Source of the DNA: Neoconidiobolus thromboides FSU 785
Taxonomy: Eukaryota > Fungi > Entomophthoromycota
Direction of reading: 5' to 3'
DNA: 64,000 nucleotides
Assembly: GCA_025603075.1 (NCBI GenBank)
Contig: MU626289.1
Coordinates: 1-64,000, forward strand
Positions 10,424 through 23,561 of this stretch are shown piece by piece. A program made the translations under genes and the position numbers. Position 1 is the stretch's first letter, and each line of letters starts with the position of its first letter. A model generated the notes under the pieces. The model made no database searches. It was not told where the DNA came from and worked only from the letters and a program-made list of their open reading frames with translations.

Positions 10424-13204
10424 GTTGAATCAATAAAAAAATAAAATGAAGAGATAAACTCACTTTATTCTATTTAAATAGTTTGCTATTAAAAAATATA
10501 TTGTTTAGTTATCTTTATTGATTCGGTTAATTCTTCGTTAATTTTTTAGTTGATTGAATTTCGATTTGTAAATTTATTTATTCGTTACAAAATTGATGAT
10601 TTTTAAGTGAATTTAATGTTTGAGTTTATCTTCCTACCCTACTTTGTTTAATGGATTATTTAACACAGTTATTGAAATTCAAATATGTAATTTCTTCTAA
10701 AAAAATTTCGGCTATTATTTGTTTACTTGCTTTTTTAAAGCCTATCTTTAGGCTTTAGTGGAGTTTGTGACTAAAATTTATACATAAATAACTAGTTGGT
10801 TTTTCCGTAATTGAACTTAACAACTTTATATAAAATCCGAATACATACACTATTATTTTTAAATTAATATTTAATTAGGACTTTATTGTGCTACCTTTTT
10901 AATTAAATTCAATGTTTTGAATGGCGTATTTTATTCAATAATATATATATATTACTATGAAAAAGGAATTAAACTATTCTAAACTCTAAACTTTACATAC
11001 AAATTTAATGTATTTAATTTTACATTAACCAAGTTTTTATAATAGTGACTAAAAATACTTTTCACTGCTTAATATGTTACAAATAGAAAATGTTATAAGA
11101 TAAACCAAAATTTTAAAGGAAAAATTCATAATTCAAAGACATCCTCAAAATTTATGTAGCTTTCACATATATTATAAATTAGATATAAACTCTATTATTA
11201 ACTTTCAAGTTGCTAACTATCTTCCTAATAGTAATGTTGGTGTTAAAATTTAAAAAGTAAGAATTCAAAAAAAATTAGTATAAGATTTTCAAATCAAAAA
11301 AAATAAACAAACCTTTTTTAATATATAGCTTGTATTAAACACTTTTTAAAAATGATAAAATTTATAAAAGCTTTCGCACTTTTCTGATTATAGTCTGCGT
11401 TTTTTTGGTCAAGATTCCGATCCAAAAAAACGGGATTAATTTTGATAAAAAATTGCACTAATAGAGGAGAGATTAGTTTTATTCCAACTAATAAAGTTTA
11501 TGAGAGTTAATAAAAACGGAGTTGGATTTTTTGATTGGAATTGTTTGAAACATGAGCTAAAAAGTTTAATGGTATAATAGATGGGAGGAGGCTATAACTA
11601 GAAAAATATGGGAATATCTTTTATGAATTAGCCTTTTTGTTACTTTTCAGAATTAAGAAATTAACTGATACAAGCTCTTTAAACTCGATTATGCGCTGAC
11701 TAGTAGAAATTTTTAATTATAATATTATATTGATTAGCAGCTTAATGTTTTGAATTTTATTATAAAATGAGCAGCTAATCAACACAGAGTTGGTCGAGCC
11801 TAAAGGGCTGCATTAGTTAATTTTAAATTTTAAAAAGTAGTCAAAGTGGGTAATTAATAAAAACATTTCATACGGTATTTATCAAGTCAAAGTTTAAAAA
11901 GGATCATAATTTTTTGGTGAAGAATCAGTAAAAGTACATAATTGTAATATTAAGGTTTCTTCATTGCTAAATAATTTTTGATAAGTAAAAATCAACTCTA
12001 TTGCAGCTAGTATCTGATTATGTTTGTCCTTGTAAAAGAATTGTGATTCAGCCTTCTAATTTGATAAAATCATTATTTAATAAAAGGTTTTTCAAAATAT
12101 GCCCTAAAGCACTATTTAAAAATATACTATTTCGAAATAATTATTTTGACTATTAGAATAACGGTAAAATGCTTAAAATTTTAAATAAAATCACGATTGG
12201 TTTAGCTTTGAAAATAGTTTAAATAGAATTCGAAATAAAAGTTACTTGGCCAAATAAGCTATTATGTTCTAACAGTTTTTTTGCACTAAAAGTAACTTTA
12301 TTTTCAATTTTACTATATGATTCTAAAAAACATAATGCATTAATTTTATAGTAATTTATGTAAGTTTAAGTTATGTAAAAAAACGGACAAAAAATAGAAA
12401 CAAGACAATTCCTACAGAACTTATAAATCACAAGAACCCTCCTCTAGAAGGAAAGGAATAAAGTAAAATAACATTAAGCCTTTAAAGGATTTGAAGAACA
12501 TAAACTTGGGTAGATAGCCCCTGATCTCAAGAACGCTTCTGAAACATGTAATGGTTTTTAATTTCATTTATTCATCCAGTTTTTATGTGACATACTTATT
12601 AAAAAATTATCAATAAAATAGAAGGAACTTGCAGTTAGATCTCTCTTGTTGTTTCTAACTCACAGTCATTTTTTATATTATTAAACTCATACTAAATAAA
12701 ATTTACCACAAATTATAAACAACAAAATATATTTGACTTCAAGGTGGTTTTACTAAGTAAAAGACATCTCCATATCCTTAAATTTAAAAGGTGCTTTTTG
12801 GGGGGCAATGTAAATGGGCAATTAAAATTTCACTTTAGAAAAGTCACTTATTTTATTGCTTGAAAGATTGTTATTTTTATACTTAAATCAACTTTGTTAG
12901 ATATTCCATAGATATTAAAGCGATTGTGAAATTATTTGTATAGTGAATAAATATTCTTATAGAAATAGATATGTCAAGTTACAATTTCAGTGTACGTTTA
13001 TAATATTTTAAGATTATACACTACTTGTAATCATTATCCCACTTTTATTTTATACACATTATAACCTCAGACAAGTTTTAAAATTATAAAAGCAAAATGA
13101 ATCATACTAAAAAAACATAATGCAGTTTGAAAAGTTCTAGATTTAAAAGAATAAGTAATCATAAGATTTAAATAGTTTATTAGATAGATAGATAATAAAG
13201 GTGG

Positions 13205-14224
13205 TTAGTAGGGTACGTCTCTTATTAAACGATTTCTAGTTTCTGTACAACAAAACGATTTTTTGATCGTTTTAATTTCAAGTAGCAACATGCCAACTTG
13301 TTTTGGTAAAAAATGCCAAAAGCTACTATTTCTTACAATATCATCGTTACTGAAGGTAGACGATATTGAAGAATCTGAGAAGGAACTACTACTACTTCCT
13401 AAAGATAAAGGACTTGAATGAAAAAGATCTTGAGTCGGATTTTGTATACTTTTGGATAAAAAGTTACGATTTTTGTTTAAAAGCTCGTTTAGAGAAGGTT
13501 TTTGTATTTGACAATTTGGGAATGATTTAAAGCAGCCAATTTTGTGATCACACTCAATGGAGTCAGAGCTGAAATTCCAGCGATTATTTTTACCCATGAT
13601 AGGAAAAAGAGATACAGGAGGCTCCAGTTCAATGCCAGTTTCTACTTCAAGTAAAAGATGACTATAATGGGACTTTTCAACTAAATTGGCTTTCTTTTTA
13701 AGTATTTTGGAAAGTGCAAACTTATTAAGTGGTATCAAATCATCTTTAATAATTCTCAATTGTTTTTCAATTGATTTTATCTTTTGTTTAATAGTTCCTT
13801 TAGATTCATCGAACCTACTCTCTTCTTCTCCAAACCAGTTATTAACAGTTGCAGTCCAAAACTGATTGAAAGTAAAATAGTAAGAAGAGTTAGTAGTTAC
13901 ATATTCTTGTTTTAAATTGTTTAAATCTACTTTAATTCGATCAATTAAATACTGTAGACAACTATCGACTCTATTTAATTCACATTGTAATAAGTTAAGA
14001 AAACTTTGATACTCATCTTTAAACGATTGATTTGAAATAGCTGGTATAACTTCATATTTGTCCCCAGTTTCGCTTGGATGTTTTATTGTAAAGTTAAAAC
14101 CATATGCTTTCTCTCTTTCAATAGTATATAAATTGTTTAAGGCTTCATCTATTAGTGAGTAGTTGAAGTATGTTTCATTGTAAGCTACTAATCTTTTAGA
14201 TTCTAAAAATTGAGTGATTGACAT
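13205..14224 (-). CDS. Degenerate SPX-domain protein
   Basis: N-terminus MSITQFLES...YFNYSLIDE and LNKFALSKILKK match the start and end motifs of SPX domains; low-complexity Ser-rich tail. Confidence 0.6.
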   Translation of the reverse strand: MSITQFLESKRLVAYNETYFNYSLIDEALNNLYTIEREKAYGFNFTIKHPSETGDKYEVIPAISNQSFKDEYQSFLNLLQCELNRVDSCLQYLIDRIKVDLNNLKQEYVTTNSSYYFTFNQFWTATVNNWFGEEESRFDESKGTIKQKIKSIEKQLRIIKDDLIPLNKFALSKILKKKANLVEKSHYSHLLLEVETGIELEPPVSLFPIMGKNNRWNFSSDSIECDHKIGCFKSFPNCQIQKPSLNELLNKNRNFLSKSIQNPTQDLFHSSPLSLGSSSSSFSDSSISSTFSNDDIVRNSSFWHFLPKQVGMLLLEIKTIKKSFCCTETRNRLIRDVPY

Positions 14225-16667
14225 TGAAATATAATAAATAAACTAAAGTTCATATAAATTAATCAAGATCGTTGATGTGGAGAAAAATGCGTTTTAATAA
14301 ATTTGATGAAAATAATCGTTAATTGAAATTAATTAAAATTTTGAAATTTTTTAAATGTGATTAAGTTATTTTGTCTTCATTTTATACACTTTTGACACAA
14401 CTTTTTAATTGGCCTACAAATTATAAATTAAGAAACATTCATTCGTACCTACTGTTAAATTGTAATTGATTATGGGGTTATTGAATCTCAGTTAGCAAAT
14501 CTGAAGTATTAAAGCAATTCTAAATAGAAAAAAGGAAACAGCTGTTACTCAATAAATCAAAGTTATCAAAGGGTATTAAAATCACAATTAAAGTTTGGTA
14601 GAACATTTATTTATCACTAAACAGATTCGATTACTAATAAACCGTACTTTTTAGTTTGTATTTGGAAGTTAGCAATGTATTTGTATAATCAATTATTGTA
14701 TTGTATAATAAATACGCTTAGAAACTAGAAACGGATCGCTGTGGATAAATTAATATTTATTTATTATGTAGAATATATAACAGCATATAATAATGGTTAA
14801 TAAACTTATAAACTCGGTTAAAAGATTGAGATCAAGTGAAAAAATTTTCAAGTTTTCAAAGTATATTTTATTATATTAATCAAGTTATAAATCATTTGAG
14901 TACTTAATTATACAGATTAATATATTTAAAGTTAAATTACATTTATAAGAAAGCGTAAAGTTACACTTAGAGGCCTCTATTCCTCTTTCAAGTTTTTTTT
15001 TGTTAAAAATGCGTAAACTTTCTATCATTTGAAAATTATCTTCTCCCCTTACTTTTACAAGAAATTACATAACGAGATAAAATAAAATATATGTATATAA
15101 TCATTTTAACAATGCCTACTTACACCCCATACAATACTTTTTATTCGATTTAATGATATGATATAGCTAATATTCTGAATAGAAACTTATATTTAAATGA
15201 CAAATAGTTAAATAGAAATCTTTGTTTAGCTGTTACACTTGCTATTATATAATTTATTTAAATTTAAGAAACATCAGACCTGAAGCTTGGTATTAATATA
15301 AGCTTTAGTTCATTTATATAGACCAGTTTGATAGTTTTGATATAAAATACACTACCTATCATCATAAAACGATAGATATTAAGTAGCGTTCATTAACAAT
15401 ATTGTATAGAATATTATATTTATTCTAATTTAGAATATTTTGAAAATTTCTTATTAATTGTACACAATGTTTCAATCATTTCTATTTTGTACTATTTTCG
15501 AACGGTTTCATTTTCAAAATAAAGACATGAAGCTTTAATCTTAGTTTCAAACATCCATATAGGTGGTTTTCGAATTTTCTGTTGATCGTTTGGTTTTAAT
15601 CAGAAGTTATAAATTTCATTGAGATGATCTTAGATATTAAATACCATGGTTTATATTTGTAGCAATTTGGAGTTCATAAATTGTATATTTATTACAATTC
15701 TTTTACGAAATACTTAACGGGTTATTTAAGAGTGATTTTGTGCTGAAATTCAGCTGAAATAATAGATTATCTAATAAAAATATCAGCTATACTATTCTGC
15801 CATTAAAAATCACCGCCAATTGTTTCATAAAAGAGCTGCAACATTGACATGCAGTGAATTAGTCATCTTAAACAAATTTAGATACAATCAATTTGACCAA
15901 ATGAATTTTTAGAAATTTTGAAAGAACTAGTAATTGTTGAAATGTTTATATCATATAATGACCATTTATTAAATAATTTTTACAAGTAATTTGTTAAATT
16001 TTGTAAAAATCGTTAGATTTTTCAGCTTGAACATTTACAATAATATTACATCTTGCTAAAATAAAAGCTAAAAATACAATCACCTCTATTTCTTATTAAA
16101 AAAATGCACTAATTACTCCTATCAAATTATGAGTTTCTGACTCTAATTTTTTTGGATTATTAGTAATTGAGGTATCAGATTGCAACATGAGTTAATTCTT
16201 CCATAAAATTATCTTTTGTTTTCATTTATAAAAAAACATTTGATGTTGCAATCAAGAACCCTTTTATTTTTTAAGCAAGAAATTGAATTAACTATAAAGC
16301 ACACTAATAAAAGAACAAAGTATTAAGCTTTGAGAAATAAAGAAATTAAATTTATGAAACAATGTAATAAACGAACAAATTCTTCTAAATTTATTGATTT
16401 TCTAAATATCTAATCTTCAAAAATCAAAAACTTGTAGTTTTTAAAAAATATACTATCTAAATTCAAAGTGTTCTTATACACAAAAGAAGTGGATTTCAAT
16501 TTTACTATTTCGAAATTTTGGAAATGTTTGGTTAAAATAAGGTATGGAATCTACTTCAGTAGAGCTATTTAATTTGACCTTTAGGCCGTAATTATTTTAA
16601 TCTATAAATATTACTTGGCTTTTTAAATTGTATAAAGAAGCTTCTATAGTTGGATTATAGAATAAAA

Positions 16668-16770
16668 ATGGGGGTATTTTTTTTAGCTTCATCATTCTTT
16701 CTATCCTTTAAGCGTTGTTTGGGTAGAAAAATTGTTAGTAAAATTGTTACATAAAAATGCATCCCCAAAT
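16668..16770 (-). mobile_element. MITE copy
   Basis: TGGGGGTATTTT...AATTGTTAGTAAAATT...ATGCATCCCCA. Confidence 0.8.
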
Positions 16771-17418
16771 ATTGGTTTCTAGCTAAGACTTCAGTTTGAG
16801 TCTGAGCTGAAGTTGAGATCTATCTGTATTTTTCTAACTTAGAAAAAGATTACTATGAACTTATTACTTAGAGCTTTTATTTTTACTTGTGGAAATGTTA
16901 TGTTATTTATATGATATTTATTCTTTTTATTTATTTCTTTTTATTTTAAACATTCATAGAAATAAACTCACCTGATGGCCTTTTTAACCTATATTGAATT
17001 ATCGAAAGAAATTTGTTAAGATGAAGGTATTGTACAATAGTTTTTTAAAATACAGGCTATTTATAGCTTTTAAGTTGATTATTCTATTTATTCCATTTGT
17101 CTCTTAACCTATATTTAGTTCCAAAGTAATTTATTAGAATAATGTTAAACTATTTTTATATCAGTAATAAAATATATAGCATAATTTATAATTCATTACT
17201 ACATAATAGTATATAAACCATCTCGATATTTAATTACATTTGATAAGGTGTATATTACTATTAACTAAGTTTATCTAATAACTAAAAACTAAAACTTAAG
17301 AAAATAAAATAAAATTAAAAAAGTTCTATTCTAATCAAAATATAAAATTCTATTAAATTTCAAAACTCCAATCCTCGTACATAAAACTTATCTATTTAAA
17401 AAGAGCTCAACCCACTTC

Positions 17419-19180
17419 TTAAGATTTACTTTCCACCACATTACTATCCTCTTCATTTGCTTTAGGTTGATTTTTGGATCGAAGTTTAGCCAATCTTTTC
17501 TTTCTATTACGAATTCTTTTTCTTTCTTCTTGAGACAACTCCTCCTTATTTTGTACCACTCCAGCTTGCCCATGAGTGTCTTGACCAAACACTTCTTCTG
17601 GAGCCAAGAGAGCAGCATTGGATACTGCCACTGGAATAGCTTCTTCAATAGCAATGGCTGGTATATCTTTAATAACTTGAACCTCCAATTTGGGCATTTT
17701 AGGTACATAATGAGAATTAGCCAAGGCATCTAATTTAGTAAATAAGGAGGATAATAAACGATCAATTTCTTGATGGGATTCAACCACATGAACTGGTAGT
17801 TCTTCTTTGTCTTTCTTTTGGGTTGCATTCACATAATCATCTTCATAAATTTGAGCTAAAGATTTTTTCGATTTCTCCATATCTAATTCAAAATCTTCTG
17901 AGTACTTTAATTTTTTGACGATTTTAGCTGCTGGTTCTACATTATCAAATTTACTATCCGCAACCCTTTGTTTAATTAAATCTTCTAGACTTTGAGTGAC
18001 TTCAATTGTAATTACTGGTACTGGTTTAGAAGCATGATCAAATTCCAATTCTTCTTCTAATAATGAATTAAATGGTCGACTTTTACCACTAGTTTCTCCC
18101 ATTAAGGTCCATGGTTTAACATCTACATTTTCGTTTTCTAAATCCTCAATGACTTTGGAAAGTTTTGCTTGCTTTTGTTCAAACTTACTAAGTTCATTAC
18201 CTTCTTCTTCATCCTCATCCTCAAGCAATTGTAATGGTCCTTTTTGATTTTCTTCTTCTTCTTCTTCGTTTTCCAAGTCAGCGAATCTAACTTTGCGTTT
18301 CTTTGTTTCTTTATTACTATTTTTAGGTTGTTCAAAAAAATCGGAATACTTCATTTCTTCAGCAGCTATTTCATCATCCGAATCCAACTCTCCAGGATCT
18401 TGAAAATAATCAATTTCATCCTCATCGTCTTCGGACTCTTCTTCTTCTTCTTGATTCATTTCTTTTTCTTCAGCATCCTCGATTAATTTATGCATTTTAT
18501 TTAACGAAAAAAACTCATCATCTACCTCTGTTTTTTCATATTCTTCTTCATTGGTTTTGGATTCTTCTTCTTCTTCTTCTTCTTCTTCTTCTTCTTCAAT
18601 CTCGTCTTCCATGTCTTCTTCATCCAAATCTTCCTCTATTCCTTCTTCTTCCTCTATATCCTCCATATCCATATCTTCTTCTTCTCCAATGCTATCTGAA
18701 ACCTCTTCTCCTTCGCTCTCTTCAGTTAGCTCACTCCCTTCTTCACTGTTCTCCTCACTATCTTCCTCTTCTTCAGACCCATCCACTTCTCCTAATAAAT
18801 TTTGAATCAATGGCATTGCGTGTTGCTCAATAAAAGGTTGATTTCTTAATTGTAATTGTTGCCAAATTTGATCAGGATCAAAACCTTTAGATACAATTTT
18901 TTCAAGTCCATAGTTGATGGTATCAGACTCTCTAGAAGCCTCAGTTAAATCATAGCTTAAATCATGTTCTTTGGCTATATATGGGAAAATTGAATGTTAG
19001 TTTTATGGATAAATAATGGATTAGAGAAAGAAATTAATATTCAAAGTATTTACCTAGAGTATATAATTGATTTGTTAAGTTTAAAGCTTCTTTTGAAAGT
19101 TTATCATTTGAGGTTAAATACTTCTCAGGCTCTGAGGTTAATGTGGTTATTAATTGTGCTAACCCTTGTATTGGTGGCAT
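17419..19180 (-). CDS. MPP10: U3 snoRNP protein Mpp10
   Basis: FDPDQIWQQLQL, long acidic tract, KPWTLMGE...RPFNSLLEEELEFD and LEDLIKQR motifs; intron 18975-19053. The 3' end may continue in a further exon. Confidence 0.9.
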
Positions 19181-19750
19181 GTTAAGAATTTAAATTGCTA
19201 CCAAAATCGAAATTCCAAATTTACAGTTCTATTTTTCTGAATAAGTTTTTAGGACCAATCAACAGCGGTTATTTATAATTAAGAATCCCATAAATTTTTG
19301 TAGTGAAGGATAAAGGTTGAATGAGTTAGTCGTATGCGATACATTAGATAGGTAAATTAATAAAATGAAAATGTTTTTGGGGATTAGGATTCTATATAAA
19401 TAATTTATATATAATGCTTTCCTGCTATTTTTTCCAATTGTTTGTAATTTTCATATTAGAATAAATTGTTAAGTTATAAATTTTAAAAACAATTGGTATT
19501 GTTGAATTCATCAATTAGTACAAAAAAACTAAAATTTCTGATCAAAAAAAACCACAAATTTGAAATTTAATATTTCAACAATTGAAACCTCTCAACTGTC
19601 AAAACTCTTGCTTCATAAAAGCTCTCCAAACCCTTAGTAAAATTAGTGAATCAACATTATAATTTAATTGGTCATTAAAAAAATCACCAACTTATAGTTT
19701 TAGAAAAATATTGAACAGCTCACTAACTTTGAATTTGAAAAAAATCAAGC

Positions 19751-21061
19751 ATGTCTGACTTATCTGATTTAAGTGACCATGAAGGAGAATTTGAACCTTT
19801 AGAAGGCTCCTTACGTAACATATTGGAACAAACTTCTTTAAAATGGGTATTTGTTGGTGGAAAAGGTGGTGTTGGAAAGACGACTACTAGGTAAGTTGAA
19901 TTTTGATTCCAAGTTAAAATAAAAGAGAGCAAGGAAAAGGACTACTTAATTTATTTATTGCTTTTTTTATAGTTGTTCTTTAGCTGTTCAGTTATCTAAA
20001 GTTAGAAAAAGCGTATTATTGATCTCCACCGATCCAGCTCATAATTTATCAGATGCTTTTAGTCAAAAGATTAATAAAGAACCTACTCTAATCAAAGGTT
20101 TCGATAATTTATATGCTATGGTAAGAAAACTTTGTTTTGTTTTATTTTATTTAAAGCACTTATTAAAAACACAAAACAACAGGAAATTGATCCAACTTCA
20201 ACGACTCGAGAATTATTTAAAAATAGTAAGCTTATTATATTTTAAACTCAAAAATTAAATTGTAACTAATTATCAATTGTAGGTGATGGCAATATCTTTG
20301 GAGATTTTATAGCTGATGTATTGAAAACATTACCAGGAATTGATGAAGCTGCTTCTTTACGTGAAATAGCTGAATTAACCAAATCAAAAGACTATTCTTG
20401 TGTAGTATTTGATACTGCTCCAACTGGACATACATTAAGATTTTTACAGTTACCAACCACTATTAGTAAAGTTTTGGAAAAACTAGCTGGGTTTCAAAAT
20501 CAATTGAGTCCTTATCTTAGTACAGTAAGTGGAATTATAGTTTATTGTATAAAAGGAGATTAATTATTATTTTTATTTAGATGTCTTCAAGTATGCCAGA
20601 AGGTGCTTCTCCAGATCAATTTTTTGATAAATTAAAAGGACTTCAAGATAGTATTTCAGGTATTAGTAAGCAATTAAAATCACCGGTAAGTATTTTATAT
20701 ACTATAAAACAAGGACATATTTCAACTTTGATATTAGGATTTAGCAACCTTTGTATGTGTATGTATATCGGAATTTTTATCATTATACGAAACAGAACGA
20801 ATGATTCAAGAGTTAACAGCTCAAGAAATTGATACTCATAATATCGTAGTTAATCAATTATTATTCCCAGGTCCAGATTCTAACTGTGAACAATGTCGAA
20901 TTCGATATAAAATGCAACAAAAATATTTAGAACAAATTTATGAACTTTATGATGATTTTCATATTGTTACATTACCATTACTTACAAATGAAGTACGTGG
21001 TCCAAAAGCATTATTGGAATTTTCAGAAATGTTGGTCACTCCTTATCAACCTCCAAATTAA
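19751..21061 (+). CDS. GET3: GET3/ArsA ATPase (multi-exon)
   Basis: [11 protein letters not shown]-loop, [25 protein letters not shown] and the CEQC motif across spliced exons. Confidence 0.95.
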
Positions 21062-22161
21062 ATAAAAAAGATATAGTTTGTTTTAATAATTAATTTAATT
21101 TTAACCTATATAAATTATTGATTGTTCTTATTTATATTAATAAACAGTTAAATAAAGTAAACAATGATAACATTAACATTAACAAATTTCAAACTATGAT
21201 TTTAAATTATTATTTTATTTATATATGTTGACCATCAGATTGAAAACTAAGACATTCTATAAGCTATCATTTATTAACCCAAAATAAATTAATAAAGAAT
21301 AACTAAACGACAAAAATCAAAGGTTTGATATTATTAATAAAAACCATATTGATTTGACTGTTATTTTTTAAATCAATTTACTTAGGTTATTTCGTTTATC
21401 AAGCAAATAATAACAAATTTCTTCATTTGGTCAATTTATAATATAAATTACATATTATAAATTATTTGTTTATTTTGTTCAATAACATTATATTCTATCT
21501 TCAAAACCTAAATTTTAAGTATCGAACATATATAGTAATATATAGGATCTCTGTTCAATAAAACATCATTTTTAATATTTTAATAAATATAAGCAATAAC
21601 TTTTATTAATCAAACTAATTAAATCAGTTTACTTTCAATCCAGAATGTATACTTTCTATTTTCCTCATTACTCTTATGTATATTCTTTTAGACTCAATTT
21701 GGTTTTATTTGATGAGAAAGATGTTATTATTAGAAGCAAAAAAACCAACTGTTCAAAGTTTTGAAATTGGAAGTATTTAAGGTAGCCAGAATTTTTGGAT
21801 TCCTCTATGGGATTTATTTTTAACTGAAAAAAAAATTTAACTAACTATATTATTAATCTATATTAATTAATTTGGTTAATAATCTCTTTACTAAAAAGAA
21901 CAGAAAAAAACCCGAAGTTCATTTCACTACTATATCAAAACTCTTAAAATTTACATTAAATTGCTATTTTGCAAAGATATTGAAATCATTAACTGAGTCA
22001 TTAAAAGTATTTTAGCATCATTTAAAAAACCCGCAGTAATAAATTGCAACTAAATAAAAGTATTCAATTTAAAAATAAATCCATAGCTTTGATCAAAAAA
22101 TATAAAAATAAACTAAAAAGTTCAATTCATTTCTACTTAAAACATTTATAAAAATACAATC

Positions 22162-23256
22162 ATGGCCACCTCAATCCCACGTATTAATTTAAAGGGTAAT
22201 GGAGAACATTTAGATAGCTATCTTCAAAGATATTCCACCGATACTTATGGTACCTTACAAAACTCAGTAGAAGTGGAATCCAGTAATATTAATTTAACTA
22301 GTAGTCTCCTCACTCATCCGCCCCATTTACACGAATTCCGAGGCCTTGTATATATGCTACTTTCTGCATTTGGTTTCTCTTTAAATGGTTTACTTGTTAA
22401 AGTGAGTGGTGCTTATTTTTCAGCAGCTCAAATTGTACTTGCACGCTCTATTATTCAAGGTTTAGGTGGTATAATATTATGTTATTCAATTGGAATACAA
22501 CCTTTTTCACAACCACGATATCGATTATTATTATTATTAAGAGGGTTCTTTGGTGCTATTGGTTTAGCCCTTTATTATTACTCTTTAACTGTACTACCAA
22601 TAGCTGATGCTACGGTAATTTTTTTTACTAGTCCTGCGTTTACGGGTCTTTTGGCTCATTTAACCTTAAATGAAGATTATTCTTGGTTTGATGGTTTAGC
22701 TAGTTTTTTTTGTTTAATTGGGGTAGTTTTAACTTCAAAACCTAATTTTTTATTTGGTAAAGAAGAAATACCGATAATCAATCTTTTAAATCATTTACCT
22801 ACACCAGCAGAACAAAGTATTGGTGTACTTGCTGCCTTTATTGGAGCTTTATTTGCTGCATGTGCTTATGTAACTGTTCGAAAAATTGGACGTTCCGTTC
22901 ATTTTTTATCTCATGTCGTTTATTTTGGTTTGGCCAGTACTATCTTTTCAGGCGTTATGGTACTAACCGATCATCAAAAATCAAAACTTCCTTCTACTAG
23001 TTTAGGACTTAATTGGCCAACTTTGTGTTTATTATTAGTGGGATTAACGGCTATTTTAGGTCAATGTTTATTGAATAAAGGTCTTCAGTTATGTCGTGCT
23101 GGTCCAGCTACTTTAATGAGGAATGTAGATGTGGTATTGGCCTATTTTTATGGTATATTTTTGTTTCATGAAATACCTAATATTTATTCAATTTCCGGTT
23201 CAACTATTATTGTAGTTTGTACAGTAGCTATGGGACTTAGAAAATGGTTTAATTAA
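22162..23256 (+). CDS. EamA/DMT-family transporter (SLC35G-like)
   Basis: About 10 hydrophobic segments in two EamA-like halves (LLLRGFFG, ADATVIFFTSPAFT); intronless. Confidence 0.85.
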   Translation: MATSIPRINLKGNGEHLDSYLQRYSTDTYGTLQNSVEVESSNINLTSSLLTHPPHLHEFRGLVYMLLSAFGFSLNGLLVKVSGAYFSAAQIVLARSIIQGLGGIILCYSIGIQPFSQPRYRLLLLLRGFFGAIGLALYYYSLTVLPIADATVIFFTSPAFTGLLAHLTLNEDYSWFDGLASFFCLIGVVLTSKPNFLFGKEEIPIINLLNHLPTPAEQSIGVLAAFIGALFAACAYVTVRKIGRSVHFLSHVVYFGLASTIFSGVMVLTDHQKSKLPSTSLGLNWPTLCLLLVGLTAILGQCLLNKGLQLCRAGPATLMRNVDVVLAYFYGIFLFHEIPNIYSISGSTIIVVCTVAMGLRKWFN

Positions 23257-23561
23257 TATATCAATTTGAGTTATTAAAATTAATTAAATGTTTTAATGTT
23301 AATAAAATAGGAATTTATTTTACTATTTATTTTTATATTAAAGTTGAAAGTTATTCATCGCTTATTTTTGATCATTTCATCATATAACTTACCAAACTAT
23401 CATAAAGTAAAAGTACATTTCCTTGTAAAATTCTATATCTTCCACTATGTCTTTAACATTAAACCAAAATTAAAAAGAACAACTCAAATCAACATACAAC
23501 TACATTAAAATCCATGCATTTTATTTTTTATTTTTTTTCAACATCAGTTTATTCCATTACT

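Noticed and set aside
17388-19185. Several 60-110 aa ORFs, including poly-Ser 18551-18805
   Set aside because: Shadows of MPP10 low-complexity codons.
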